A stretch of DNA of 63,028 nt, counting the filler, from Squatina squatina (Eukaryota), in assembly GCA_031763465.1 (NCBI GenBank). It is 3 parts of 3 records of this genome, joined end to end, with 100 filler letters (N's around TTAATTAATTAA, not from the genome) between each part and the next. Parts side by side here need not be neighbours in the genome. Positions count along the whole stretch, not along the records: positions 49,068 to 63,028 come from JARFOE010000233.1; 2 more parts are not named here. One strand, 5' to 3'. A program made the position numbers and the translations under genes. Of the stretch, positions 50,586-63,028 are shown one piece after another (position 1 is the stretch's first letter; each line of letters begins with the position of its first letter). Under the pieces are notes generated by a model. The model did no database searches and had not been told where the DNA came from. It worked only from the letters and a program-made list of their open reading frames with translations.

Positions 50586-53549
50586 CTGTAGAAAGTAGCA
50601 AGCTGATAAAACATTAAACTAAAAAAAATGAAAGTATCTTTTGAATGACTAAATGCATTATCATTTTAATTTATTGTCTTAAACACATGGGAGCCGAAAA
50701 TCCACAGGACGGACATCGCAGCGGCCAACTGGTATCTTTGTTGCTGAACCCACAATGTTGCAAGGAGTCAGAGGAGGTTTCCTGTTTCACATGAAAGACA
50801 GGTATCCATGCCATTAGGTGCACATCTAAGACACCTGCCGGCCCCCATAGGCCTTAATGTGCATCGTACCTTGCCAGTTCCGGGGAGGGAAAGTGTCAGG
50901 TCCCCTTCCCCCAGAAGGATTGATAACTTTGCCTCCAGAGGGAGCTATATTTAGTGATAAAGAACTTTACCTATTTTTCTTTGGGGGTCCAGGCCATGAT
51001 CCTGTGTGAGGCCGATTACTATCATTCAGCATATCAGTACACCTGAGACTTATTCACTGCCGATCCTACATTGGGTCCCTCTGATGGACTATGGGAGTCC
51101 CTGCCCTAGCTCTGTCCTTCTTCTACTGCTGGCCGTGTAAAGGATGGTGAGACTCTACTCCTTCGAAGCTCACAGAAATGCCAGCTTTAAGCCAGGACCC
51201 AGCAGATCCAAGTCTTGGTCCAATGTTCAGCCGTTCAACACACTCCAAAGTTATTGCAGGAGTGTACTGAAATGGCAACAGATTTTTAATCCCATGGTTT
51301 AAATAGAATACTGTTGGATAACTATAATACAGAATTTTAATGTAACAGGACCTTTGTAACCCATTCAATCCTTTCTTTGATGGGATAATCATGATGATAT
51401 CTTACTTTTATTCATTTATCAGCTGTTTTGATAAAGGTTTCTAGGAAACCATGAGGTTTCAGAAAATGCAAACCGTACTGCTATTTAGAAACTATATTTT
51501 CACTATACTTATTCAAAATAACAATTTATCGATAGCATTCTCCTTTATATCATAAACACAAGAATGTAATTTTTACGTGAAGTGAAAGGAAAGATAACTT
51601 AAGCAGTTCTAAAGTAATCAATAGCAACAAAATGGATAATACGTGCTTCAATTCTGGAACTACTTTATCATTAAGATTTAGAGACTCTCTTCCTGAACTA
51701 AATTACATCTGAATTACTTATTGTGAGTTCATTAAAGTTTAGTGCCACATCATTTATGTTGGGTACACAACCCTTTAGATTAATACAGTAGAAATAAGAT
51801 TTGCATCCCTTCAGTCACATTTTTCACAGTTCAGTCCCTTTGATTGATTTTTACTTATAATAATGAAATCACATTATTCAAGCAAGACTGCTCTATTACA
51901 AGTTTTAAGGTTACATGAAACTTTCGCCATTCCTTAATCTAAGTGCATTGTTGTGTTACAAAAAAAAATGACTGTATTTAGTGCATTTCATTTCCGAATG
52001 TAGCTGGGAGCAAAATGCTAAGCCATTTGCAAGAGGTAGAACTGATATAAATGGGTAACAGGTGCAACAGAAACCTTCAGTGGCTTCTACAGGACCATGA
52101 GTANNNNNNNNNNNNNNNNNNNNNNNNNNNNNNNNNNNNNNNNNNNNNNNNNNNNNNNNNNNNNNNNNNNNNNNNNNNNNNNNNNNNNNNNNNNNNNNNN
52201 NNNTCCTACCTGATTGATTGGGGCCTCCCATGTGACCTCTCCACAGGCTTCCCCACGAAACTAGAGAGCTCCGTTGCACATGGACATCTGTGTGGGATTA
52301 AAAACGCAAGTTTGGGTGGATCGAGGACTGCCAGGTAAGTTCATAGATATTTTTGTGATCGGAGGCTTCTGCACGCAGGAAGCCTCCATTTGCAATTTCA
52401 GGGTGTATGTGTTTGGTTAATAATGAAGTTAATCAGATTGCCCGAGTTGTGAAGAATCACAAGAGGGCAGTAAAAGCAATGGAGTAATTGTGAATAAGTA
52501 TATCTTTCAGGCCTCAAGAAAAATAATTAAAAGTTAATGCCAGAGTACAAGTGGTCAGAACAAAGGAAAGCTTTTCCAGAGGGAACATAGCTGCATTTAA
52601 AAAAAATCCAAGGTGAACCCTGGCCATCAATTTAATGAAAGTTATAAGAGTAATTGTGCCTTGCAGAGATTCAATTTCTTGTTGTGAGAGTCCTACTGTG
52701 TCACTGCATCACACAGATAGAGACTACATTGAATGTGCTATTGTAACCTGAATAACTGAAGCCCAATGAATCGTAATACTGATTTCCAATGTAAGATCAT
52801 TTGTAGGCCAGATAAATCACAAGGTGCTCTGACAGAGATATCTAGAAATAATGGTCAGGAAAATAGTCTTTTCATTTCTAGATGTGATAAGGTCATTTGA
52901 CTTACAAGACTTATTGTGTGAGTGAACAATTGACTGAAAGGCTGGAAAGAGCAATAAGAAAACATAGTTCTTGTCTTAAGGTGCACACAGCAGACGACAG
53001 AATTTAAACACACTCAAAACCAATGCAGGNNNNNNNNNNTTAGATGAGGCAACGGTTAGCACAATCTGCTTTTATTGCTAGGATGTGGGTTTGAATATTT
53101 TGGACTTTGCCTGCATAATAACTAATTAATATGTAATATGCACCGCCACAACTCAGTGAGTTGCTAGCACTGTGGACATACCAACATTGAACCGGAGAGA
53201 CCAATAAGCGGTCACAGCCATCCTAGACCCAGGGTCCAAACAAAGAGAATGGTAGGTACAGAGATCAATGGACCTACCTTGAATGTGATGCAGTGACACA
53301 GTAGGACTCTCATAACAAGAAACTGAATCTCTGCAAGGCACAATTACTCTTGTAACAAACAGTCAGGATGTAGCCTGCGTNNNNNNNNNNNNNNNNNNNN
53401 NNNNNNNNNNNNNNNNNNNNNNNNNNNNNNNNNNNNNNNNNNNNNNNNNNNNNNNNNNNNNNNNNNNNNNNNNNNNNNNNAATCCAGAGGCCATTACATT
53501 GAAGCCAACATAGAAGCTGAGAATGAAGATAGGGATGAGGAAGGGGAAA

Positions 53550-53862
53550 TGCAAAATTGTGGCCCTGTCTGGATAGAAGGTAAAAAGATGAACCTAGATT
53601 GGACAGCGGGGCCATGGTAACTATCATGTCATTCGAAATTTATGAAGGAAAGTTTCGGATAATTGCTCTACAAATGAATAACGTTTTGTGGGAAAGTTAC
53701 CCATTGCCAGGCCTCAGAAAATAGAAGTCCAAGTAAAATATGAAAATCAGATGAAAGGGTTGTGTGTAACTGTGATTAAGGACAAAGATCCCTCATTGAT
53801 GGGACAAGACTGGCTTTGTATCCTGAAGTTAAACTGGACCAGTATTAAGAAGGTCAATATTC
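53550..53862 (+). mobile_element. Degenerate Gypsy LTR-retrotransposon aspartic protease remnant
   Basis: LDSGAMVTIM active-site motif, then frameshifted VQVKYENQ...PSLMGQDWLCILKLNW. Confidence 0.7.
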
Positions 53863-55099
53863 CAAGGCCCATGTGTGCTGGTTTTTGCTTGGCAAATTCT
53901 TCTGTCTTCAGGGCTCCAGGCTGTATCCCAGTGCTAGTAGTGCTATAAGTGATGGGCAGAGGCTCTACCCTTTACAAGGTACTGTGCGAATTCTTGTGTA
54001 ATGTCAAAAGCCAGCATATCCAGCTCCTGGCCTACTTTCTGGCCTTTCTAATGCATTCCTGTTATAGTCGAGGGTTAGTGTGCCAGAAGGGCCAAGGATT
54101 TTCACTTCTGTTTATTCCAGGAATATTTAATGGAGTGTATCAGCTGTAATGTTGTATTGAGGCTTTGGCTGTGTCAGTTGGAGAGCAGTTTGATCCTCCT
54201 TTCAATGATTTTGGAAAGTAATGCTCTGCTGTCAGTCAGTATGTTATTTCACATATTCCATGGATAGCGGAGTTACCAATCCTTCCCACATCTACTAAAT
54301 ATCCTAAAAGGTTGTGGCTACTCATTATAACTTGTTGACAAACTATGGGATTGGTTGGCCTGATGTGTTACTGGTTGACTGGTGTTCCAGTCAAACAAAC
54401 TGTTCCAGCTGTGTCGGCTGGATAAAATTACCTGAAAATCTCAAACCACCTTCAGCACTGCACACAGATCTCTGGGGATCCTGTTTATTCCAAGCATATG
54501 ATTATGAAAAATGGCTTATTGCTTTAAAGACATGTTTGTTCAGAACAACAACAGAAATGTTTCGGTACCATGAGATAAATTGGGCTGATTTAGCATCGTT
54601 CATTACACTTGCACTTGCCTATAGACTTTCTACAGGGTTTTGCACTGTAAATTAGAAAGCCAGAAGTGCAGCGCCCTCTGCAGAGCATCTGGGACCTGTG
54701 TGAACAGGCAAAACAACTGTGTATCTCCTTAACCAATCAGATTGAATCAGGAAATATCAGTAAGAACATCTAATTCAATGTCAACCAATTTACAGGAAGC
54801 AAAATAAAGAGAGGAAAATAAATATTGGATTAGGTTAGAGAGATGAAAGAGACAGAACTTTACTTAAATATTTAAAAATCTCCAACAATAATTAAAATTT
54901 GAAGGAATGAGGCTCCACACTTATAAAAGTTAATTTTCAGTGACAGAGAGTTTGACAGTAATTAAGATTTACTATGCTGTTAAAGGGGTACTTACNNNNN
55001 NNNNNNNNNNNNNNNNNNNNNNNNNNNNNNNNNNNNNNNNNNNNNNNNNNNNNNNNNNNNNNNNNNNNNNNNNNNNNNNNNNNNNNNNNNNNNNNGAGC

Positions 55100-55870
55100 A
55101 ATCTGTAAGGCATAAAAGTTGGAAAATATGTTATGCAGGAACTTGAAGGATTAAACAAGGCACCTGGACCAGATGGGAAACCTCCGAGAGCCCTCAATGA
55201 ATTGAAGAAATTATGGTATTTTTAAGAACTCCATAACTACTGGGATAATACTTGAGGGCTTGTGAATAGGAAATGTAATTCCAATACTCAAAGAATTCAG
55301 GCACAAAATTAGTAATTACAGGCTGATTAGCTTCACATCTAAAGTGGGAAAAATGCTTGAGGTATTCTGCAGGACGCTGCAAATTAACATCTAAAAGAGT
55401 TTACATAGTTTTAAAAGTAAGAATCATGACATACAATATAGGAATTCTTCGAGCAGGTAACTAAGATAGTGGACAAGGGTAATATAATAGTTGTAATTAA
55501 TTTGAATTTTCAAGACATTTATCAAAGTTCCTCACGTGAGATTAATAGGGAAGATTAAAGCTTATGGCATAGATAAATTGTCTAACTGAATTGAGCATTA
55601 ACTCAAGAGGGCAGTGATGAATGGTATATGTTCCTCCTAGGAAAGAGTAATTAGTGATAACTTGTGGGGCACCTCTTGTTCACAATATGTGTGAATGGTA
55701 TGGAAAAGGATATCTAGTTTAGTAGTACATTTGATGATATAGATATGCTGGCAGGTAATGAATAGAAAGATTGATTACTTGAAACAGTTACGTGAATAGG
55801 ATGTGATACGGCAGATGGAATTTAATGTGGAAAAATGTAGGGTAATATAGGAACCTGTAATAATAAATAT
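55100..55870 (+). mobile_element. Old, degraded CR1 RT region
   Basis: Residual KAPGPDG, NYR..SFTS.VGK and MEFNVEKC motifs with many stops. Confidence 0.55.
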
Positions 55871-57280
55871 GTACAACACGAAGGGGACCTATTTAAGATA
55901 GGCTAATGAGAATTGTGGGGTTGGGCTAAATTTAGGCTTTTAGAGGGGCAACAGCACTGAACACTCGAAAAACAAAAGTAAATTAAATTAGTAAGATGGC
56001 TGATGCGTAGTCTGAAAACGAGTTGTGTTGTAGAGATAGTAACGACCATGCTTGGTATTTAGTTACACCTGGAGAGATGGAGAAAAGAACTTGTTAAAGG
56101 AATGAACAGTGGAGGATGAGAAATCCATATTAGAATAATCAATAATGTAATCTTTGGTATTGGGATGCAATGGCTTCATGGTTATTGACTCATTCCATAC
56201 AACAATTGGAAACCAAATCCTAAAATTAACAACTTTTGTTATTTTTTGAAAATGGTTCAGACGCTGGAATGATTTCAAGGCAATGATCTAATTATGGATT
56301 TGGATGACTTATAAACAACTCAAGTTTTCTTCTCATATGTTGCATATCATCTGAATCCTTTGATAAATTTACTGCCTTTTAATCACTGCCAGGTACCTCA
56401 GATGTATATTTAATAGATCATAAAATTTTTCACACCTTCACACAGGTTTTTACAACCTGCACTCCTGAGAGTTTCACATCAATTTTACAGCAATGTGATG
56501 CATACTGGAATTTTTTGTTAGAGGTGTAGCATTTTTGTACTTATCAAATTTAAGGGTGTTATTACCAGGGAATGGAATACTTCTCACTCTTTTCATCAAA
56601 TGTTCACTAAATACACTCAGAAGACCGCCCCCTACTACACTCAAGCAATGTATTCGTTTTCCACACCAGCCATCCTTATGACATTTCTGATGAACGCTGT
56701 TCATTTACTGTGTTAATACCAAAATATAGATCGGTCTGTGCTTTGACTGTATTCCCACAAGGAATGGAATTAAGACTGAGCAAAACTCATTAGCTTAAAA
56801 ATCTTATAGTCAGCAGAGAGGAGATTTTCATCCCATCATTTTTTTTTACATTTAAGTTTCCTTGTGGGCCAAGAGTAGCATGGGTGCTCCTCTGGGCCCC
56901 ACAAGGAAACCTTAGGCCTTCCTTGCCCTGGGCTTCCTCCCAACCTGATCAAGATCACCTCTGAACTCACCACACTCCGAAATCACTGGGCCCCAGTGGC
57001 GGCCTCCTGCTGTCCAAATTTCTGCTCCCACCTGCCGGCCAGGCAGTGTTTTGTGCTGGGTTCAAGTGGGAAATGCAGACTGAATATGAAAATGAGGCGC
57101 ACAGGTTAAAATCTCTCCAGACCTCAGCATGCAAGTTTGTTGCTGACCCTGGCACCGCCCATCGCCAACCCCACCGCACACACCAATCCCGCCCAGAGTT
57201 AAAAGTGAAGCCAGTGCCTTGCGTGTAGATCTTTTGTCAAAAAAAGGGTTTTGACAAAGGGTCCACACCCAAAACATTAC

Positions 57281-58031
57281 GGGCGGCCAATTGACACTCC
57301 AGCGCTAAATGGGCGTAGAATGGGTGTTAGGGGTCTAACGCCCATTTTTGGCAGTAAATTGAAATTTGCGCAATTGGCCTCAGTTTAGCGCCGGCGCTAA
57401 TTGGGCGCTAACTGAGGAGCGCTGGAAACATGGCGCTAGGTGTAAATCGGCCTACATGATGCCATCAGAGAGCACACAACCCAAAATGTTCACCCGACAA
57501 AGAATTGGAATAAAATCTTTGGGCGGTAAACGGACGGTGACAGCGCCTGTTTTTTTTGGGGGGGTGACACCCGTGCGTACATTTCTATTAGGGTGCAAAA
57601 TCATTGTGCATCATTCCCTACCTTTTTTGATGCATAAATCCCCGTCTAGAGGCCTTAAACAGCATTTAAATTGTTGTGCGTGACTTTTTATAAGTTTCAG
57701 TGATTTTGGATTACCTCTTGAAAAGTGCAAAAATTGGGCTATTCGGTCATGGGAGCCATCACTAATGGTAAAGTAGGGACGGAGATGCAGGGATGGCTTC
57801 CTTTTGCAGCAGAGTGCCAAGTCACAATGATAATGACCTTTGCCTGACCCCTTTGCTTTGTTGCCATTCTGACTATTCGGACATGGGGGCATCACTCATG
57901 TTGGAGTGGGATCTCCCCTGACACCACATGAGGTAGGTGAGGTAGACAGTTCACCTCCTCTTGGATGCTGGAGAGATGAGCACACACCAGGATGATGCCA
58001 GGCAGTTTGCATCACCAGCTGCCCACCATCA
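57281..58031 (+). mobile_element. Harbinger-family remnant, same family as 39940-40817
   Basis: Same terminus gggcggccaatt; internal sequence is the reverse-complement homologue of 40130-40400. Confidence 0.65.
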
Positions 58032-58184
58032 NNNNNNNNNNNNNNNNNNNNNNNNNNNNNNNNNNNNNNNNNNNNNNNNNNNNNNNNNNNNNNNNNNNNN
58101 NNNNNNNNNNNNNNNNNNNNNNNNNNNNNNNACATCTTGTGTGTTTTTTTTACCACTTACAAGACAACAGAAAGTTGAAGTAAA

Positions 58185-58352
58185 AAGAAACTGGAAGTAC
58201 TGGAAATCAGAAATAGAAACAAATTGCGTGAAGTGCACAGCAGGTTTGTCGGCACCTGTAAGGAGAAAGGTCGTAATATTTTGAAACGTTAATCTGTCTC
58301 TTCTCTTTGCAGATGCTGAGGGGCCTGTTGTGTATTTCAAGGCATTTTCTGA
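58185..58352. mobile_element. Palindromic Penelope-terminus-derived element
   Basis: Two inverted degenerate arms joined around tttgaaacgttaa. Confidence 0.45.
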
Positions 58353-58733
58353 AAGAAGCTTAATTGCAAAGGAATTTACATTCTGGATAGGAAGCAAATG
58401 GAAGATTTTGCACATGACTATTAGATATCACCTTTAAAGTAATTTTGATTGACACCTGTCAGCGACTTGCAGGCAGTCTTTGACTCAGTTATGCCAGCCA
58501 TGCATTTTGGGTACATGACCTTGTAGATATCTGTTGCATGAGTAAGTAATCCATGTCAGAATGTGGCAATCGTGAATTGGGGGAAGGATCTGAAAATGCT
58601 TAAGCAAACATGCGCCTGTAACGTATGCAGTCTNNNNNNNNNNNNNNNNNNNNNNNNNNNNNNNNNNNNNNNNNNNNNNNNNNNNNNNNNNNNNNNNNNN
58701 NNNNNNNNNNNNNNNNNNNNNNNNNNNNNNNNN

Positions 58734-58880
58734 CTCGAGCTTGCGTTGACTTTCATTGGAACAGTGTAACAGGCCAAAGACAAAGGTCAGAGTGGGAATG
58801 AAGTGGAGAACTAAAGTGACAAGCGGCCGGAAGTTTGGGGTCAAGCTTACGGACTGAACGAAGGTGTTCTGCAAAGCGGT
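58734..58880 (-). mobile_element. Penelope-like element GIY-YIG endonuclease C-terminal fragment
   Basis: RFAEHLRSVRKLDPKLPAACHFSSPLHSHSDL / FGLLHCSNESQRKLE (one frameshift). Confidence 0.75.
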
Positions 58881-60043
58881 GCTAAATCTTTAGTTCAGTC
58901 AGAAGAAAACTAAAATACAAGACTGCCACTCTTTCTCTTTATATTATATATATATCTATATATTTTTGACACTAGGTGCAAGCTAGATACGGATAGTTTA
59001 GTATACATAACTAGTTGAAATGCAGTACTTGTATATTTGATGAGTTTAAATTGTGATGTGGCAAAACAGATGTCTACAAGCAATGTTTTATGCAGCAAAT
59101 ATTCCATATTCAGCACTTAAGATTCTAATAAATTATGTGTTTTACTGTTGTGGATGGAACTTGAAGTAGGGCAGTAAGTATATGGGCTTCAGACATTTAC
59201 AGGTTATAGGTTCTTGCATTGCTTTGACTATATGCTGTATATTGAAAATGTAAAGAACAGTCTGCTGCAAATACAACTCGCAATTATACAGCACTTTCAA
59301 TATAAAAAACATGTCCCAAGCTGCTTCACAACTAGACATCAGAAAACTAACGTTGGAACAGGAAGGAAGAAATTAGCTGGGGTGAGCAAAAGCTTGCTCT
59401 AATAATTTTAAAGGTGGAGAAATGGAAGGATTTGGGGAGTCAGTTCCTGAGAGGAATCAAGGCAGTGGAAAGGCTCAGCTCCAATGATGGCATGAAGGGA
59501 GGGTTGTTACAGAGGCTAGTGGTGTGAACTGAATGAAGCTGTTTAGTTTACTTAATGCACTTTCACTTGAAAAGCATTTTTTGTCAATTGGCTCAGCTAT
59601 TCTAAAACATGCAAAGATTTTGAGTGGCTGAATCATAATAAATTGTTTGATTGAAGCCTCACACATGATGTTTGAAACGTTAGAGCAAAATTAGAAGTTC
59701 TAACTCGATTGACTCATTTTAATAAATTTATCAGTATATAAAATCATTTTATTAACTTTTTAACTTGTGTTCTGTATTTTGAAATAGAAGATCCAAGAAT
59801 AACATTAAAACATAACTGGATAGGCATGCTTATGCCTACAAAGCCTGTTTCTTTTTAGCCATTAGAAAGATTCTTGGAATTTGGCCTGGTAATGTTCTGT
59901 TTGATATTGAAGTATAAACTATTACATTTAATGGCTATTGTGAATGTTCAGACAGAAAAAAATTCAGACAAGTTTGCATTCTTCAAACTTCTCCAAGCTA
60001 TTATAAAACTTAAGATATTAACCAAATCATCTTTCATTTCTAG

Positions 60044-60132
60044 GTTGTTAAATTGAGAAAAGATGTAAAGAAAGCAAGAGCTTTAATCATCCGGAAACTA
60101 ACAAGAAACATCGCCCAGCTGAAAGCAAAAAA
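60044..60132 (+). CDS. SRFBP1: Serum response factor-binding protein 1, early coding exon (probably exon 2)
   Basis: 89 nt between acceptor ctttcatttctag and donor gttagt; VVKLRKDVKKARALIIRKLTRNIAQLKAK resembles human [29 protein letters not shown] as recalled. Confidence 0.82.
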
Positions 60133-60170
60133 GTTAGTATCTGAATTGTCCCTTTTATTTGAAACTCAGT

Positions 60171-60688
60171 GGCCCCCGATATTTGCGGGGAGGANNNNNN
60201 NNNNTGACAGAACTGCCAGGGGGAAATCGAGACTGGGCAGACTACAGATTGGGGCTTGAGGGGTGTGGGGCTGTGGTCGGCGATCGGGATTGAGAGGCGC
60301 GATCGTTAGAAGGGAGGCCAAAGGCTTCCTTGAGGGATGGAGAGGGAATACTTCTCCTCCTGGTCCACAAGGAATGCTATAAAAAACACTTTCCTTCTGG
60401 AGCCGGCAGCTCTCACTTTCATTTTGATGCAGGTATTTCTAATCCTGCCGGCAGGCAGCAGTTACATTTAAATCAAGCTTCCAAAAGCACCATGGGAGCC
60501 TGATTTTAATATATTAATGAAGTATCGCTCCTCTCGAGGATGGGACACTCACATGGCACACCAGCCGCTGCCGTAAAAATAGCAGTCAGCGCATATACGT
60601 CAGTTTGGGGACGCGTTCCCTGTTTTTGAGTGGTTAATCCTGCCTGGTTTGGGGGGTAGGGGTGGGTTCATTGTTAATATCAAGGCCA
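60171..60688. mobile_element. Non-autonomous DNA transposon with TIRs
   Basis: ggcccccgatatt ... aatatcaaggcc; GC-rich interior. Confidence 0.5.
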
Positions 60689-61208
60689 ATATGTTTGCTG
60701 CCTGTTCTAAGGATCAAAAAAAATTGATTTTGGGGAAGTGAAAAACACTAGTTACAATTCTTAGAAATAGGAAAATATTTTACTCTGATATTGTTGCAAT
60801 AGGATCTTTTTTAAATTTCTGTACACATGGATGTTTAGGTGTTTTAGATTAATTTTGGAATAACTTCTTTAATAAACACTTTGCAGAATGCCTGCACTGA
60901 CTTGTGCACTGCTCCTTTTTACCAGGAATGAAATTGAATTTAAAAGATCAAACATATGCACAGAGAGAGAACCTGCATTTATATAGCGCCTTTCATGACC
61001 TCAACGACCCAAAGTGTTTTACAACCAATGAAGTACTTTTAATGTAACATATGTAAGACAACTGACTTTTGCAGCTAAATTACTGAAATTTAAAACTGAG
61101 GTGAAAGTCAACAACTTATTCTGAACATTAACAGACAACCCACACAATTTCTAGAAATGATTTTTGTGCTTCTCTCCAGATCCAGTTGTGTGCCTCTTTC
61201 ACAGTATT

Positions 61209-61640
61209 AGCTGTGGCTCAGTGGTAGCACTCTTGTCCCAGTCCAAGAACTTGAGCACAAAATCTAGGCTGACATTTTAGTGCAGTGATGAGAAATGCAG
61301 CACAGTCAGAGGTGCTGTCTTTCGGATGAGATGTTAAACTGAGGCCCTGTTTGCCCCCTCAGGTGGACGTGAAAAATCCCACGGCATTATTTCGAAGAAG
61401 AGCGGTCGAGTTCTCCCTCATGTCCTGGCCAATTTTTACCCCTCCATCAACATCACTAGAACATTTATCTGATCATTATCATATTTTGTTTGTGGGACCT
61501 TGCTGTGCACAAATTGTCTGCTATGTTTCCTACGTTACAACGGTGACTACATTTCAAAAATATTTCATTGGCTGTAAAGCGCTTTGGGACTTTTATTAGG
61601 TCACGAAAGGTGCTATATAAATGCAAATCTTTCTGTCTTT
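61209..61640 (+). mobile_element. Near full-length SacSINE1/DeuSINE-type SINE
   Basis: tRNA-derived head with A-box TGGCTCAGTGG (B-box region appears deleted), Deu-like body, tail gaaaggtgctatataaatgcaaatcttt. Confidence 0.82.
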
Positions 61641-63028
61641 CAGTTGTGTATAGGCCCTGAAATTTCTCCATGGGATATTGGTGGATGTTTGAAATTCCTT
61701 AACCTGATATTTTAATGGAGATGTTAAAATAGTTGAGAGCAGAATGTTCAATTATTATTTTTCCATTATGTAATTTAAGTTCCTTAGTGTTTTGTGTCTG
61801 ATATAATCTGTAGTGTTTTCCCTTGTCTCCCTTCCAGTATACCATGAAAAATATAAATACTTCCGTAACAAATGAAACTTCACCGAAGTATGTNNNNNNN
61901 NNNNNNNNNNNNNNNNNNNNNNNNNNNNNNNNNNNNNNNNNNNNNNNNNNNNNNNNNNNNNNNNNNNNNNNNNNNNNNNNNNNNNNNNNNNNNCTCCTTA
62001 TATTTGAACCCTTCACCATATTGATTTAATTGTCTGGTTGAGTTTCATCATTCCCCTTCATAATATTCAATTTGTGGCATCAGATTTTGCAAAGAAAATG
62101 TAATTTTTTTTCTCCTACCTTTTCATTTTAGTATGCAATTACAGAAGATAAACAATTTCCTTATGGTGGTGATTCTAAAAGAAAATTTTATAGAAGTCTA
62201 TACAGCGCAACTGGGCAGATCCTTTCACTTCCTTTATTGAACGGAAAGCTTTTGTGAAGACTCTGAAGTGATTCATGAGAACAGTATGATCTACCTTTTT
62301 GCTTTCTCTTTGAAATCTGATGTTTATGATGGCGAGGCAGAGAGGACATCCAGTGGTTAGAAAAGAACATGGTGTTTCACAAATATTATCATGTTTACTA
62401 ATAAAAGGCAGATCACTTTTTTAATCTAGTTTTTTAATCTTGTCCATTTGGCATGTTACACAGTCGTTCCACAACCTATTTTTGCTGTTAAGTTATTTTC
62501 CAGAGGATACCGTATTCAGATAAACATGGTTCACACTGACGAGAGTCCAAAAAACAGGAATGCTGGCATTGGGTGCAAAACCAAAACTGCAAATATGAAA
62601 AACATGGGAGATGAATTTGGCATGTGAGCAACAGGAACACCACGGGAGAGGAACAAAAATGACTGAAAGGTTATTTCGTTTTCATAGTGGGACAAAGTTA
62701 ACAGAACATCATGGCAAAGAAGAAAAAAACATAGGCATCAGCTACTAATCCAGAATTTTTATTTTATAATTACCAACAAACATTAAATATTGCTGATGGA
62801 AAGTCCCACAAACAGAATAAAATAAAACTTAATAAAAAAACTAACCATAGAAAGGAGTGATGATCCTCTCCTGATTTTTATTTTCCCATCATACTCAATA
62901 TGTCCCTGATGTCCACACAGGTCCATTTAAAACTCCTGTTTTAGGTGATGGGGATGGAAAGGAAATTTCCATTAAGATGAGACATTTTGTGGTGAAACTT
63001 CAATAAAGAACTAAATGTTAATGAAGCT

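Noticed and set aside
61209-61260. tRNA gene
   Set aside because: A-box only; it is the head of a SINE and cannot form a cloverleaf

Overview
Vertebrate nuclear DNA, most likely a cartilaginous fish (shark). The basis is the repeat complement: SacSINE1/DeuSINE-type SINEs, many CR1/L2 LINE pieces, RTE, Tx1, Penelope-like and Harbinger remnants. It is a fragmented draft assembly with dozens of 100-N gaps. Two artificial N44-TTAATTAATTAA-N44 spacers (17925-18024, 48968-49067) show that the window concatenates three pieces that may be unrelated. Most of the ORF track is artefactual: it reads through N runs or through a 6.1-kb satellite. Two isolated exons are recognisable: an ARHGEF26 (SGEF) DH-domain exon (28099-28259, -) and an SRFBP1 early coding exon (60044-60132, +). 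I could not identify several other candidate exons: a phase-compatible terminal pair at 18117-18433 (-), plus 27091-27186 (+) and 50020-50105 (-). The most interesting non-coding observations are: a minimal hammerhead-ribozyme-like motif in a Penelope-type repeat; a young Tx1 LINE 3' end nested in a Harbinger remnant; a compound satellite with higher-order structure; and CNE-like TAAT/octamer blocks in the first 11 kb. I found no CRISPR array, rRNA, bona fide tRNA or convincing wholly new biological system. All family and gene assignments are from recall, not database searches, and repeat boundaries are approximate.
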